Shown piece after piece: positions 24,663 through 39,434 of a DNA stretch of 63,929 nt. Under the pieces are notes generated by a model. That model made no database searches. It was not told where the DNA came from and was given only the letters and a program-made list of their open reading frames with translations. The DNA is from Octopus bimaculoides (taxonomy: Eukaryota), in assembly GCF_001194135.2 (NCBI RefSeq), contig NC_068989.1, positions 4,821,632 to 4,885,560 of the forward strand. Reading direction: 5' to 3'. Position 1 is the first letter of the stretch. The number at the start of each line of letters is the position of its first letter. A program made the translations under genes and the position numbers.

Positions 24663-27600
24663 NNNNNNNNNNNNNNNNNNNNNNNNNNNNNNNNNNNNNN
24701 NNNNNNNNNNNNNNNNNNNNNNNNNNNNNTATATATATATATATATATATATATCACCACTTCCACACCGTGCTTGTGTCCATCTCTCAACATCTCTTCA
24801 CAATCTGTCTTCCTTACTCGCCCTCCTGACATGTCACCTTCAAGTCCTGTTCTGAAACTTCACCACTGCCATGTTTATCACTCTTTGTAGCCCTGCCCCA
24901 GCCACCCCTGTTCATGTAAAATGTGAAGTAACTACTCCTCCCATCATACATTAACTTCTCAAGACCTTGCATAAAGCAACCACTCTATTTCCTGTTCTCC
25001 ATTTCAAGTTACAAGGCAACCTCACTGGTGCTGGTGCCACAAAAAAGAGCCCAGTATACTCTGTAAAGTTTTTGGCATTAGGAAGGGTATCTGGCAATAG
25101 AAACCATTCCAAAACTGAGATATTGGAGTAAGATGCAATATATATTCCTCCCACCTGTTGGATTCTGTCTGATCATCCAACTTATGTCAGTACGGAAAGC
25201 AAATATTAAAACGACGAGGATGATATTCCAGTGACTTGCAAAGAGTGAATGTTATTGGAATGATTTTGAAGTTGTGTTCACTGTAGCTTATATTTACTCC
25301 CATAAATATTTCTATAGAGCTGTATGTAGCAGGGTACTTTTACTAATCTCACTAAAGCTTCTCCTACACACACACACACACCTTTTTTTATTGTGACCCT
25401 TCTAAATGGCCAGTATAGTAGATTTTTAAAAAGTCGTCATTCACTCTTTCGTCATCATCGTCCAATTCACTGTCAATTATTACTACTGCTACTAGATGTT
25501 AGTATTGTCATCCTCTCCGGAGTCATCTTCATTATCTTCCACTTCTATCATCCTGCTTTCACTACCACTGTCGTCATAAGCCATTGAAGGAGTTCTGTCA
25601 TTTGACCAGCTAGAAAAAGCAGCTAAATTGCACCTTACTATCTTTAAGAAGAAATCATAGTATAATGTAATCCTTTAAACATATTTCATGAAGATAGGTT
25701 TTTTTTTATGGATGGAATGTCCTGGATATTCTTAATCAGAGCCAAACATCATCATCATCACCACCACTTGCTTGACCTTTTTGAAACAGCCACCAAATGT
25801 CCCTCATATCACACTTTACTGTTGTAAGAAAAAAGAGAATGCATAGGATTATCTAATCCTAGACATATTGTCTGAAGATAAGACAGGATGGTTATGGCTA
25901 GAATGTGTTGATCTTGGGTCTATTTGATCAGAGCTGGCTTGAATCTAAATATAAACAACAATATAAACAAATAAGGAATTCCAGAGGAGCATCCAACAGG
26001 CATTGGTCTTTGTTTAATTGCTATTTTCATCCTTCCATGGGGTAGATGATGCAGAGACACTGCACTTGAAAATACATTTTCCTCTTCCAAAATTAGAACT
26101 CAACCACATTTAAAGAAATCAATATTGATTGCAGCATTAAATTGGTTCACAAAGTCAACACATTAAATTGTTTAATACAGTAAACACATTGAATTAGTTA
26201 ACACTTCGAATTGGTTCATTCGTTATTTCTCTGAACTCATTAAATTTAACATGTTTATATATATTCTTTTTAATTCTCCCTCTCTCTTCTCCCACCCACC
26301 TCAGAAGAAAATTGTGGTGGTGACAGTGCTGAATGATACACTATATTACAAATACTCCATGGGGTGTGTGATGGTGGCCTTAGTGATGATGATGAGTAAT
26401 GTATTTTATCACCACACTATAGGGGTATGTGATGGTGGGTGTGAAGATAAATCAAATGAAGTCATTCCTATAATATTTCTGTTAAAGGGCTTCTTGAATT
26501 TTATTTTACTTATTTCTTGCGCAAGCTGGCAGAATTGTTAACACATTAGACAAATACTTAGTATTTCTTTATTTTTATATTCTGGGTCAAATTACCACAA
26601 GGGTCAGCAAGTTCCATTCAAGTGTTTCACTGGGCTTGATAATCCTAATCTTCTCCATCTCCTCTCTATGGTACAGGTGCTAATTGACTTTCAAGAAGCT
26701 TATCTACCTTTGACAGGTTTTGTTTCTTAAACTGCTGATTGTCCATACACTCCCCTCACTGAGCAAGCTCAGTAACCCAGTTTAGTCACCAACTGCTCAG
26801 CCACGAGCAGACAGTACTGAATTACATGGTTACCAGTAACATATTTCCAATAGTTGTGGTGGTCCTAAACTGACATAAGGTGATAAATAACTTTGCCTCA
26901 TCACCACTCTGTGGGATGTGGTGGTGTTCATGGGATGATAATTAATACTGTACATTGTTACTACTCAGAAGAGGGTGTTGGGGATGGTTCTAGGTTGATA
27001 GAAATGAGTTGAACTTCCACTGGAAGTTTTCTTTCTATTTCATCCCTTGGGTGAAGTTATTAAAATAAATGCTAATTATATGCTGTATTTAATTCAAACA
27101 ACTTCACTCATTTTCCTCAACAACATATTGGTTTTGTGTCAATAATCAATATTGTCATTCTAAACAAACTAGATGCAAGTTGTGTTGTGGAGTCAAGGTT
27201 AGCCTCTATCTGGTCACCAACCAGTTAGAAATAATAGCCACAGCTCCTGAAATCACACCTTGCCATTTTGAAAAAGGAAGTGTATTTAATCCTAGATACA
27301 TTATGTTAGCATAATACCTTTGACCATAAAACTGCTCTCACATAGCTACCTTATAAGTAAAACATTAACAATCGACAAACACAAAACAAATTAAACATGC
27401 CTCTACTTAGTCAGTCAGTTTGCTAAAAATAGTAACTAAATTCCCTCGATCATTCCTTACTATCTTGAAAAAATTGGAAGGACATCACCATCATCATAAT
27501 TTAAAACAGATGTTAAGGAATGAATGTTGATGATGATGACATTATGTAACTTCATCCTAGATTCATTATTACTAAAAAAGACAAGATGGTCATGGCCAGA

Positions 27601-28049
27601 TGTCTTTAATAATCTTATGTCTGCCATTTTAATTATATCTTTATAATTACATACAGTAGCATTTTAATTATATATTTGCTCAAAGATGCAGAGAATGTGA
27701 AATTCTTGAGTAGTTATAGCAGAGCTAACTGAAGCACATGTACACACACTCACACACACACACACACACACACACATTTTAAAGATGGATGAACTAAGAT
27801 GAAAAAATTTACATATTCAGGTGTGTGTATCCATCACTATATATGCACACACGTGTGTGTGTGTGTGTACATTTGTATGTATCTATGAGAGAGAAAGAGA
27901 GATCGTAAGTTAATTTTTATCTGCAAAAATTGGATATCAACTCTTTAACCTGGCATTTGAAAAGTTGATAGTTGTAAAGTTTTGTTCAGAATGCTATCAT
28001 TATGAAAGTTCTGCATTTAAAAACTATAATTTTAAGAAGTTAGCATATC

Positions 28050-28390
28050 ATTTCAAACACCACAGAATACACAAAACAGTTGATGAGGTTCCAGGTTAAA
28101 AGACTTAAAATCCAAAAGCATTTCGGTATCTGTGTGAATGGGAAATCCAAAAATTTCAAAATAAAGGCAGAAAAAGAACTTCTATGAAAGGTAAAAGAAT
28201 ACTATGTACAGATTTTCAATCCAAACTTCAAACTGGAAAAAATTACATCTGCTACTGAACACAATTACTACTATATTGATGACAACAGAAAAGTTTGGTT
28301 TAAACAATGTGTGTTTGAAAAGCTGAAGAAAGTGAAAGCACTTACAAAAATATTCTTCCTTCAGATCTGTGTCAATCTTTCCTTTTTCAC
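28050..28390 (+). mobile_element. Penelope-like element 3-prime fragment (same family as 11040-11870)
   Basis: Reads HRIHK..QKHFGICVNGKS..FKIKAEKELL*KVKEYYVQIFNPNF. The downstream aatgtgtgtttgaaaagctgaagaaagtgaaagcacttac matches the reverse complement of 11079-11120. Confidence 0.7.
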
Positions 28391-28763
28391 GATTTTGTTT
28401 TAGATATTTTTTGATTAGAAAAATACTTTTCAAGTGTGTGTGTGCTCACACGTCTATCTATCAATCTATTTAGATATATAATATGTATGCATATAAATAT
28501 CATTTATATACATGTTTGTGTGTGTGTGTATTAAATATAGTATCTTATTTGCAACAAGTTGCTTTGTTTCATGCTATGAGGCCAGACATCTTCCGCATAT
28601 CATGAAAGTCATTTGTTTCAAACATGATGCAGTATATAAGATATTAATAACTCTGACATGTATTGAGTTCTTTATTTTACTGAACTTATCAGCAAATGAA
28701 CAGCAGTACACTATATACACAAATGTATGTGTATATGTGTAAATGAATGCTGGTACATATGAA

Positions 28764-28814
<51 letters not shown>

Positions 28815-29411
28815 CTGCTTTTAGTTTTCAAATTTCTCTCCTACAGAGAATGTATGTGCATGAGTGTGTGTATAATACATACATATGTATTCAAGTAGAT
28901 GTGCTTTGTTTGGGTATATGCATATATCTGTATGTGTGCACGTGGTGTGGACTGTATCTATAATACCTTCATTGTTGTAATGTTGAGTTTTTTTTTCCTA
29001 ACCATCTCCAAACCTGTTTACTGTTATCTGATTAAGAAACCTACTAAAGTCTTGATTAACTTTCTACACCTTCAAGCATTTTAAATTTTGTGTGTGTGCG
29101 TGTGTGTGTGTGTGTACATGTTTATATGTATGCATACATATGTCTGTGTATGCAGTGTAAATTCTACTCTGTACGTGCTTGCTCTAAATTGTCATATTTC
29201 GATGCATTTGTGTATGTTAGACACACGTACTCACATACTTATACACACTTGTGCCTGACACACACATACATGTGTGCATGCATGCACATACACTTGTACA
29301 CACACACATGCATACACACAAGAACCTGAAGGTTTTGTAATTGATAAGAATTTACATGGTTTCTAAACTAGATAAGACTAAAGAGAGTGATTGAATATAC
29401 AGAAGTATTGA

Positions 29412-29475
29412 AATGGCCAAGTGGATACAGTATTGCACTGCCAACTCGCACATCTTGTGTTCAAATCACCTGCGG
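29412..29475 (+). mobile_element. Degenerate tRNA-derived SINE head
   Basis: tggccaagtgg (A box) and gttcaaatc (B box) at tRNA-like spacing, but there is no acceptor stem. Confidence 0.45.
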
Positions 29476-29947
29476 AGAATCTCATTATAAGGGCTTCATT
29501 ATCAGATATTTTATTGTACATTTGGTGATGCATTATTAAATACATAATGATTGTAGTTACTAATTAAATAATTTCCACTTTCGTGTGCCTCTGTAGAGAT
29601 GTTCTTGATGCAAAAAAAATTCTAAACTATTTCATACATTATCACCATCATCATCGTTTAACATACACTTTTCTATGCTTGCATATGCCAGATGGTATGT
29701 GTTGAGTTGGATTTTCTATGGGTGGGTGCCCCTTCTGTCATCAACCCTCATCTGTTTCCAAGCATGGTAATATATCCCCTTGACCAGATATGTTTTTCCA
29801 TATAAGACAGAAAACGAACATCCCAACAGTAAGGTTCATTTACAACCATCAAATAATGTCAGGACTAAGTTTCCACATCAATCCTGAACAAGAAGACCTT
29901 TCAGCCATGACCACTCCGTCTGTTTTCAGATAGTATAAACACGCACA

Positions 29948-30018
<71 letters not shown>

Positions 30019-30227
30019 TTGTCTCAACTTCTCACTCTCTTTCTATTTTTATTTGTATTGGAAATACTTTGTCAATATTACCACCCCTTCCTTGTCTTCT
30101 TTCCACGCCTTCATGCATTTCTCATCAAAGCTAAGAATATAATAATACCATTTGATTGGCATGAAATATTTGGTATGTCAGCTCAAAGATAGTATCTATC
30201 GCCAGCCACCTGCCTGTNNNNNNNNNN

Positions 30228-30296
<69 letters not shown>

Positions 30297-31550
30297 CAGT
30301 GTCAATTAAAAGGCCATGTGCAAACTGATAATATATAACTTTATATTCTGGTTGATGTGGAGAGTTTACTTATTGTGTAAAGAAAAAGAAATAGCTTTTT
30401 AAAGCTTCACATGACATCGCAAGTATCATAAATTATGTCATAAAATTGTATTCTTTCAAGAAAAGTTAGATTTTAAAATTCATGCAAACATTAAGGAGAT
30501 GGGTATTTTGAGTATATATTGAAATAAATGTATTGCGTATAACGGTTTTCATTGAGTGTCATAAGAAGATGACTAAAAAGATTGGTGACAGTAAGGGCAT
30601 CTCACCATTAAAGATTACCTCAGAAAAAGTAGAGTAGTAATTTATTTTAACAAACCTAGAACCAAAGTTGATCTTGGTGGGGTCTGAGGTCTACTTTGCC
30701 TTTCATCCTTCTTAGAGGTGAGATCAATAAGATAGTCCCAGTCAAGTACTGGGGTCAATATAATCAACTGTTTCCCTCCCACCAAATTCCTGTCTTTGTC
30801 CCTATGTGAGAAATCATTATTATGATATTGATAATGTCTGATGTTTAAGGTAGATGGAATGAGGGAGCTGTATCCCTTGCAGTGCACCTATGGCCCCTGA
30901 AAGCTTTGGATTTTTCATTGAATCAATGACAATGAAGAGGCTGATTGATGATGATGCTAGTAACACAAATACTAACAGAACGCAGTTAAGCTCACATATT
31001 CATTGATATGCAGTGTACACAGGTTAACGATAATATTACTGATGGCGAAGGGAACGAACAAGTTTGTGTAAATTACAGAATAATAAGGTTGAGGAAATTA
31101 GGAAGATGACGAGAAAAGTTAAGAAGCAGGTGATTTCTTATCTTGGATTTTCTTCATGTAATAGACTTTGTATCACAGCCAGTGAAACAAGATAATCATT
31201 ATTAATGGTAATTTAATAAATAGCAATGACAATGATAATGACGAAGATGATGATGATGGGAAGGTGGCAGAAGGGGAAATATATCTTACTTAGATACAAT
31301 CCCATAAATTTATTGGAAGTGAAGAGTGGCAGTGGCGGCGGTGACTAAGTTGTATGAATGCTATCAGTTTTCTCTTTGGTATTAGCAAGCTCTGTGAAAT
31401 AAACTAAGAATTGAAATGGAATCACAAACCATCAAACTCAACGCTTACCTTTTGGTTTATTTAGGTATAAGACCAACTGTTGCAGGAATATAGACCTATG
31501 TACCTGTATGCCTCGATACATAGATGTAATTTCAGACATGTTCACATACA

Positions 31551-31605
31551 TGTATCTAGGGTACTCAAATATCTAGGGTACTCAAATGTATCTAGGGTAC
31601 TCAAA
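31551..31605. repeat. Three-copy tandem repeat of tatctagggtactcaaa (17-19 bp units)
   Basis: tgtatctagggtactcaaa tatctagggtactcaaa tgtatctagggtactcaaa, read directly. Confidence 0.9.
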
Positions 31606-34246
31606 TATTATTCATTAATGAGTATAGGCCTGCATATATATCTGTGTGTATTTGAAATTATGTATATGTGTGTGTAGATATCCATATACACAAATACTAT
31701 TCATGCATTGACATTGGCCTACATGCATGACTGCACACATACATCATACAAATATGTAGGTGCACTCTCTCTCTCCATCTCTCTCTCTCCCCAACTCTCT
31801 CCCAAACTCTCTCCCCATCTCTCTCTCCTTCTCTCTCTCCGTCTCTCTCTCTCCATCTCTCTCTCTCTCTCTCTCATCTTTATTACACTGGAAATTTTAC
31901 CCTCACTCCACTATACCTTCTCGTGTAAGCATGCATGTAGACCTCTGCTCTGCAAGTAATATTTGTGTGAGTACCTAAATACATATATGTGAGCATTTGT
32001 GAATTTATGTATATGTATGCATCCAGGCATGCATGCACAAAGGCCTGTACTCCTGTAATGATATTAACTCTGTGTGTGTGTGTGTGTGTGTGTGTTTAAT
32101 CGGTTGGAGCTGCTAAAAGTTCCCTTTGTTGCTAGTTTGAATTTTCTTTTGTCACATTCTTTGGTCGACTGAACAATCGACCACTTACAAATAAACTCAA
32201 CTTCACATATACAGTAGTCTTCTGACTAATGTTTGTATACTCAAATACAAAAGCAGTCATGCATGCACGATATATACATAATATATATCAAATAAATTTC
32301 TTAGAATAATTATGTAATATACCTATACATCAAAAGAATTAATTCTACATAAAAAAAAAGTCAGACTATAATTTTGAGGTTAAAGATAGAGACATGCCTG
32401 AGCAAAGGATCATGACTATAAAATATTTCGGGTCTCGTCAGCTGCTTTGACATAACCAGTGTAACAAATATATCTATAAATAGAGTCAGCTTTTCAAACC
32501 AGTGGAATAAATAACTATGCAATAATAATTCAATAATACAACATATAGCAATAGTATGTAATTCTGTATGTGTTTAGTCCTCTTGTTAACCAGTTTAAAG
32601 GTTAAAACATTAAGTAAAATTCCTTCAATTACCGAAATTTGCTTTTTTTTTTTTTTTGTCCTTGTTCATTCTTTTTAACTTTTTAACCAAAGCTAATTTT
32701 TCATATAGAAAATTAACTAAAACTCATTGTTCATAGATAATTAAAATGGTTATTATATTTACCCCAGTGTTCAACTGGTATTTATTTTATTGATAAAGCA
32801 CCAGTCATGCGTGGGGCGTTGTCAGTGCCACCTGACTGCCACCACCACCATCATCATCATCATTATTATAATGGTGATTAATTAAATCTCACCATGGTTA
32901 TCTTTGCTCTTTGACCTTCTGGGCGAGTTAGTGAAGTAAATACCAGTAATAAAACGTTTGATTAAATATACCATGACCATCTGGAAAAGTTTACAGCTGC
33001 CTGGTAAAAAGAAATCACCACCACCACCACCATCCCATTATTGTCACCATCTTCATCGCTATTTACATCACCTCCTTTTGGAACGTCTTATTTCAATCCC
33101 ACTACCACTCTTTCCTAATTAGCAATCGTCAGACAAGTGGAAAGAAGTGAGTCTTGATTGTTTTCTATAGTAAAAAAAATGCAGGTGGTGTATGAAGCAA
33201 ATTCAGTGTTGATGTTGTTGTGCTTGTTATCTTTGTCTTTTTCTTTGTTTTTACAATATCCTGGCAATCAGAAGCATCACATCTTTGACAAGCACCAAAA
33301 AAAAAGAAAGAATAAAAAGAAAAACCAGATTACTCATCTGTATGCGTACACAGAGAGATACAGAGGTACATACAAACACCTGCATTAACTTATAATTGGT
33401 GTATCCACTTCGAAAATATAGAGAAACACGCATGCTCAGACACACACAGGATTAAAAATATTCCAGCTATAACAGTTCTGAGCTTTTTTTCCCAAAATAT
33501 AATGAGTTCATTATTCTGTGTATCCTTCCTGTAGGGTATAATATAAGATGTTTGACTGCTATTTCTAGCAGAGTGTGTATTATGATGTGGAGGTTCCCTT
33601 GTTTCTTGGCAACAGTTCTATACCAGTCTCATGAATATAGTACTTGCTCTGTGTTTGTATGTGTATGTGAAAGAGAGCTTCTCTTGTGTCTTATACACAT
33701 GGTCGAATGCATGTATATATGTATATATGGAAGTGTTTGTATAATAAGGAAGAGTAGAAAGGAAGCGTCACTCTCCCACCCTGTCGCACCCATTAAGTTC
33801 CATCACTACATGTTTTCACCATCATGCCATTCACCCCTACATCCAAGCACTTACAAAACCATGAATGTTACCTTATTTACAAATAAATTCAGGAAGATGG
33901 GGAAACTAGGGATGTTAAGAGATGGCTTGACGAAGGAAGGGGGTGAGAGTAAATGATTTTCATGTTTTTTAGAGTAGTCATTGGTGTTGATGGTGGCGAA
34001 TAATCTTGTTGGTAAGCAGTGGTAGTAGTTGATGGTGGTGGTGGTGGAGGAGGAGGGTAAGTTTGATAGGAGTGTTGGTAGGAGGTGGTGCAAACAGTGG
34101 ATGATGCGAAATAATGGTGGTGCTGGCATTGGTTTTGGTGGTGGTTTAAGCTGCAAAAGGATTTCCCTTCCTTGTGATAGATCAGTTCCCTAATGAGTTG
34201 GTTTCCAAATGTGAGTCATTTACCCTTGTAGACAAATTTGTTTGTG

Positions 34247-34249
<3 letters not shown>

Positions 34250-34302
<53 letters not shown>
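34250..34302. repeat. (CA)n microsatellite
   Basis: Direct reading. Confidence 0.95.
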
Positions 34303-34306
<4 letters not shown>

Positions 34307-37300
34307 TACAGACAGAGTAGGTTGAAAACCTAATAAGGTTGTTTGAATTGCAATTAACCTTACATATCTAATAGCAGATTTTACTTGATTTTTAAGATTA
34401 AAGAAATACAGTTTCTTCATCTTCTCCTCATCCACACCCTTCTGATTTTCATCCTCATCGTTATTTTCTTAATTAAAAGGAGTTGGTTTTGATAGAAAAA
34501 TACTGGATTAACTGTTGTATCATATTTACTTTTTATTTTATCATTTTCTGATCAAATCTCCTTAAGTTTGACTTGGAGATTAATCCTTCCAGGACACAAA
34601 CACAAGCCACAGAAATAAAAGATGAATGAGAAATACCATGCCAAAAAGTCATCATGATGGGTGGGGTGTTGGATGACAGCCACATAGCACTGGAAGTTTG
34701 TGTGTGTGTGTGCAGGCTCTTAGCTAGGGTAAATGGGTTCCCAGAGCAAGCATGAGAATGAAATAGTGCTATGCATGATTACCACTGACTAAAAATTCTA
34801 AGAAATTTGTAATAAATAAGTAACAACAGCAAAAATGGATATGTTTAATTTATACATCCTTTTCTTATTCCTTAATTTCAAACTCAAACTTCTAATTTCT
34901 GCCAAATATCACAAAAAATTATCTTCCTTATATTAACTCTCTGCTATTGTATTACTGTATTATTTTTATAAACTTTGTTATATCACTGAAGACTTGGTTA
35001 TTAGGTTTCATATTTATGACAATCATCTTACTTGATTCTCTGCAAACCTTACTTCAACTGTAGTTATATATCTATTATTTCTAGAATACAATAGAGGTTT
35101 TCCTCTCTCAAACATAGGGATATCTTTTTAAGGGGAAGAAACAAAACTGGTAAAAAGTTACAGTGTTTGGTTCCCAGTTTACCAATCCTGAGTTTAATTC
35201 TACTGCAGGCATTTTAATGTTATTGTGTTTCATTGCATATGTAAAACTGTATTTTATTTATGTCAATTCACAGTTTTGGGGAGAGCATTTTATCCAACAT
35301 TTTATCTAATGATAACCTGTAGGTTGGCAATGTACAGGGTCACTTGACAAGTTAAAAATAGTAGGTAAATATGCCTTATATTGTACCTTCCCATCTTCTA
35401 TTGCTGACATTTTGTAATGTCTTTGGCTGGGCTTGTAATCCTGCATGTGTGTGTATAATTGTTTGAAAGAGCAATAGAGACAGAGAGACGTATGAAAGAG
35501 AAAAAGAATGTAAGAGAGTGAGAAGCGAAATGTATGTGAGAGCGGGTGAGAAAGAAAGGATATGCATATTGATAAGAGAAAGAAAGGAGAGTGTTTGAGA
35601 GAGACTTGAGGTAGTGATAGAATGCCAAATGAGAGTTGAAGATAGAGAGAGGTGAGGTGGAAAAGTAGAAGGCGGTAAAATTTGTTGCTAAAAATCTAAT
35701 GGAATGGAAAAAGTGAATAGCGAAAGTTGATGATAAAGCTAGAGTGGGAGAGGGAACTATGGTAGGGGTGCAAGAGATATAGAAGACTGGATTGATGATG
35801 GGTGGTGAATGGATTTTGAGATTCTTAAGATAGAGCAATGATCATATCAGGGAATATACCTTTCTACCATTTCTCTATCTATCCAGGCAGCCAACAATCC
35901 ATTCATTTATCTCTCTAATCAGCCATCAATCTAAGCACCCACCCATTCATCCATTCATATATCTATCCATTCCTTCCATCAATTTATTTGTTTTCCATTC
36001 CCATACCTGTCTACCCCACTATGTCTATTTTTGGCTTGCTTAACAAAACTTACCTATTGAAGTTTTTAAATTGTTATGCATTTTAAGCCTTCTTTTTTGT
36101 TTTCGCTTTTAACTCTCAGATGGAAAGCACACCTTTATATGCCTCTCTCTCCAGTTGTTATTCTCCCCCCCCCTCTCTCTCTCTCTTTCTTTCTCTTTTT
36201 CCCGCTCTCTCGGTAAATAGTAATATTTACACTAAGTTGCATGCTAAGACTTAAAATCATTTGCACAGTTTAGTTACATGAATTCACAGTTTGATAACAC
36301 TCCCATTGCTCCTTTGCTTTCTTCCTCTTGCTTCACTTAACAACAATAACGATGATGATGTTGATGGTGAGAACAACAACACTGGATTTTAACACGAAGG
36401 CTTTCAGCTAAACCATTTACACTTATTTAGCTTTTTGACTGCCATGAAATCTCTGCAAATTGCTTCTTTGAGAGAGAAAATAGGATCAAGCAACTGATTT
36501 CATCAGTTCACACCATCAGGCCAGCAGTGGCATACTGTTTGCCATTATTGTTGTTCCTATTTACCTTTTTCGTTAGATTATCATTATCAATTAATTAATT
36601 AATTAATTAACTCTTGGGGGAATTTTCAGCAGGAGATTATTGTTGTTTTGTTATTTTGTCTTAATGCCTTGACTTTGTGGGAACTGTGCTTTGACACACA
36701 CAAGCTGAGTTGTCTTCTCACACACACACACACACACACACTCACAGTTGTGTGTGTGTGTGTGTGTGTGATTATACATATATGCTCACATAACTGCATA
36801 TATATGTAGATACAATGAATGTGAGTTTACCTTAAATGAGTTTCCTAGTTTCAAAGCTAGTAATGTAATGTTCATGAACTGGGAATGTATGTGTATCTAT
36901 GATCATTCCAAAGCTGTGTCTGTACACAGACACAGTGTGTACGTACAAGAATATATTCATGTATCTGTCTGTGTGTATTTTCTTGTACTGCTTTCTGGCA
37001 TTGCTTTGTGTGCACATTAGAACACTGCTTTATAGATGTAAAATCAATTATATCAACTTCAGATTGGGATTTAATTTATTAACTTCAAGAGGATGAAAGG
37101 TGATGTTGACCTCGACAGAATTTGAAATCAGAGCATAAAGAATAATACCTTGTGGTAACTGAATAACACAAAGTATTATTTCTGAACCCCTTAAAGCTTT
37201 ACAAAGCTGTGACATAGGTTGTAGTGGAACATATTTCTCTTATTGGCACAAAGTAACAAATTTCATTTATCAGAGCCATAACCCTTTAATTTGATAACCC

Positions 37301-37866
37301 TACACGACTGATATCATCATCTTTCTCCTCCTCTTCTGCCTCCTCATTGTTTTATTGTCCATTTTTCCATGCTTCCATGTGGTGGATGGATTTTATTAAG
37401 GCAGATTTCCTATGGCCAGATGCCCATCCCCAATTATTTTCCAAGTAAGCTAATATTTCACCATGGCCAGACATTTTTTCACAGAATATATTGGAAATGA
37501 ATAATATTGCTTGTATGACTGTGACATTCATTTACAATGAATATGATTTACTTTGGACTAGTCTGGTGGGGCTTGGGACCCTGCTGTAGACTCCATGAAA
37601 TGAATGGACATATGGTACAAGACCATGCTGCATCCATCTTTTCTATCCAGCATGTATCAATGAGATGACTATGGAGGTAATTTAGTCAGTCTTTGTATGG
37701 TAGTTTATCAGGATTTATTAGAGCTGTTTTAAACATCCAGCCAGATATGACTATCCAAAGTATTCAACCTGTATGTCTAGGTATAAGATCTTAGCTTTAG
37801 TGTTGAACACACATGCTGTCCTAAGATTTTAAGCTTAAACCATATGATCCACATTTTAAGTTAGTC

Positions 37867-37914
<48 letters not shown>

Positions 37915-38053
37915 CACAGGAGGATTTGATTGCTAAAAGGAACAAGCATCTATGTAACTGTTCTCTTGATGGTTTGTGTTGTTGTTGTGCCCCAGCATGG
38001 TCACAGTCCCATGACTGAAACAGATAAAAGAAAAGACAAATATGTCTACCCTC

Positions 38054-38100
<47 letters not shown>

Positions 38101-38470
38101 TCTTCTGTACCTGCTGCTTCCTTCAACTTCCTCTCTCGACTACACACTTCTGTTTCTTAAAATTTTTATTCTGTCTGTTCATTTACTCTTTACTTTCTGG
38201 CGGCTTTGGTAAAGATATTTCTGTTTCAATGATGGACAAAACATAATATTTCCTGCTGTACTCTTTCCTCTTGGGACTTTCTTATATAATGCTTTACTGC
38301 CTTTTTATATTTGTAATTTTTGTTTCATTTCATTCAATTTCTATGTAAGACCTCCCCCGCACCACAGCCTTTGTAGTAGCAATAAAGAAAATATTATTGT
38401 TATTTTTGTTATTGAAATTATCAATTTCATCATCATAATAAAATCAATATTTAATAAATCTAAGAAACCT

Positions 38471-38505
<35 letters not shown>

Positions 38506-39434
38506 ACACCACCACCACCACCACCATGTTTTAATGTTCTAATTTCGTTTCCTTTGTGGCAAATAAAGACATTATTATTATTATTACTATTATTGATATC
38601 TAGACCTTCTGCCCATGTTAGAATTCACTATTACCACCACTATCATCATCATCATCATCATCATCTCCCCACACCCCTCTCTCTCTCCTCACACACAATT
38701 GACTTTCATATTTCCTTTCAAAAGATTACTGAAGAGTTGTCATGTTAATAAATAGAGGAAAGAAAAACAGCAACAAACAACAAACAAACAAAAAAAATAT
38801 CTTTGTGAAAGGGAATCCTTGTTTTATTTCAATGAAACTGTGAAAGACTCATTCCAGTGTTGTGTTTATAATGCAATCATTTTCATTTCATTTGTACACA
38901 CTCATTAATGATGTTGTTGTTGTTGTTTTTGGTGGTGGTCGTGGTGGTGTTGGGAGTGGTGCGTGCACCATAGTTGAGATAGCTCTCAGCGAATATCATT
39001 TGAAATTCTGTTCTTTCGAACTGCATCTCACCATCTCTCCACTAAACTTGTTAATGCTAAGGAAAGATGAACATCACAACATCTTGATTTAAGAAGAAAA
39101 ATCGAAAGGTCTTTCATGTGATTTTTCTCTTTTTTTTTTCCTTTCCCTAGTCTTTGATCATTATTTGGGGTATGTTAGTCACCATCTCCCTATATCTGTA
39201 TTGAGAGTCATGTCTTACTGGTTCTTCACACTAGTTTTGTCTAAAACCTTCTTAGATTTGTTCTATCATTTCTAGGTTGTTTTGGTGGTTTTTGTGAACC
39301 CCAAGTCAGCTCTGATTGTGTAGACTTATGAAAAAGATAGCATCGCAAAAAATGCTTTGCAGAATTTGTTCTGGCTCTTTACATGAGTTCAAATACTGCT
39401 ACAGTCAACTTTGTCTTTCACCCATCTGGGGATT

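Noticed and set aside
29412-29475. tRNA-like A and B boxes as a tRNA gene
   Set aside because: There is no acceptor stem or full cloverleaf, so it was treated as a SINE head.
30130-30172. Plus-strand segment ending ATGAAATATTTG|gtatgt (possible micro-exon)
   Set aside because: The acceptor is mediocre, there is no signal-like sequence and there is no homology.
32420-32450. Minus-strand CUGACGA-gaccc-GAAA, a perfect hammerhead core
   Set aside because: I could not build stem I in either type I or type III topology, so it is likely a chance match.
35560-35830. Purine-rich tracts (also about 3330-3600, 13930-14250 and 61050-61290) as old CR1/L2 endonuclease remnants
   Set aside because: Only faint hints (e.g. 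SDHFNIYS versus GDFN) are present, which is not enough without a profile search.
36716-36770. (CA)n followed by (TG)n fold-backs (also about 1640-1680)
   Set aside because: These are common by-products of microsatellite turnover in this genome type, with no specific evidence of function.
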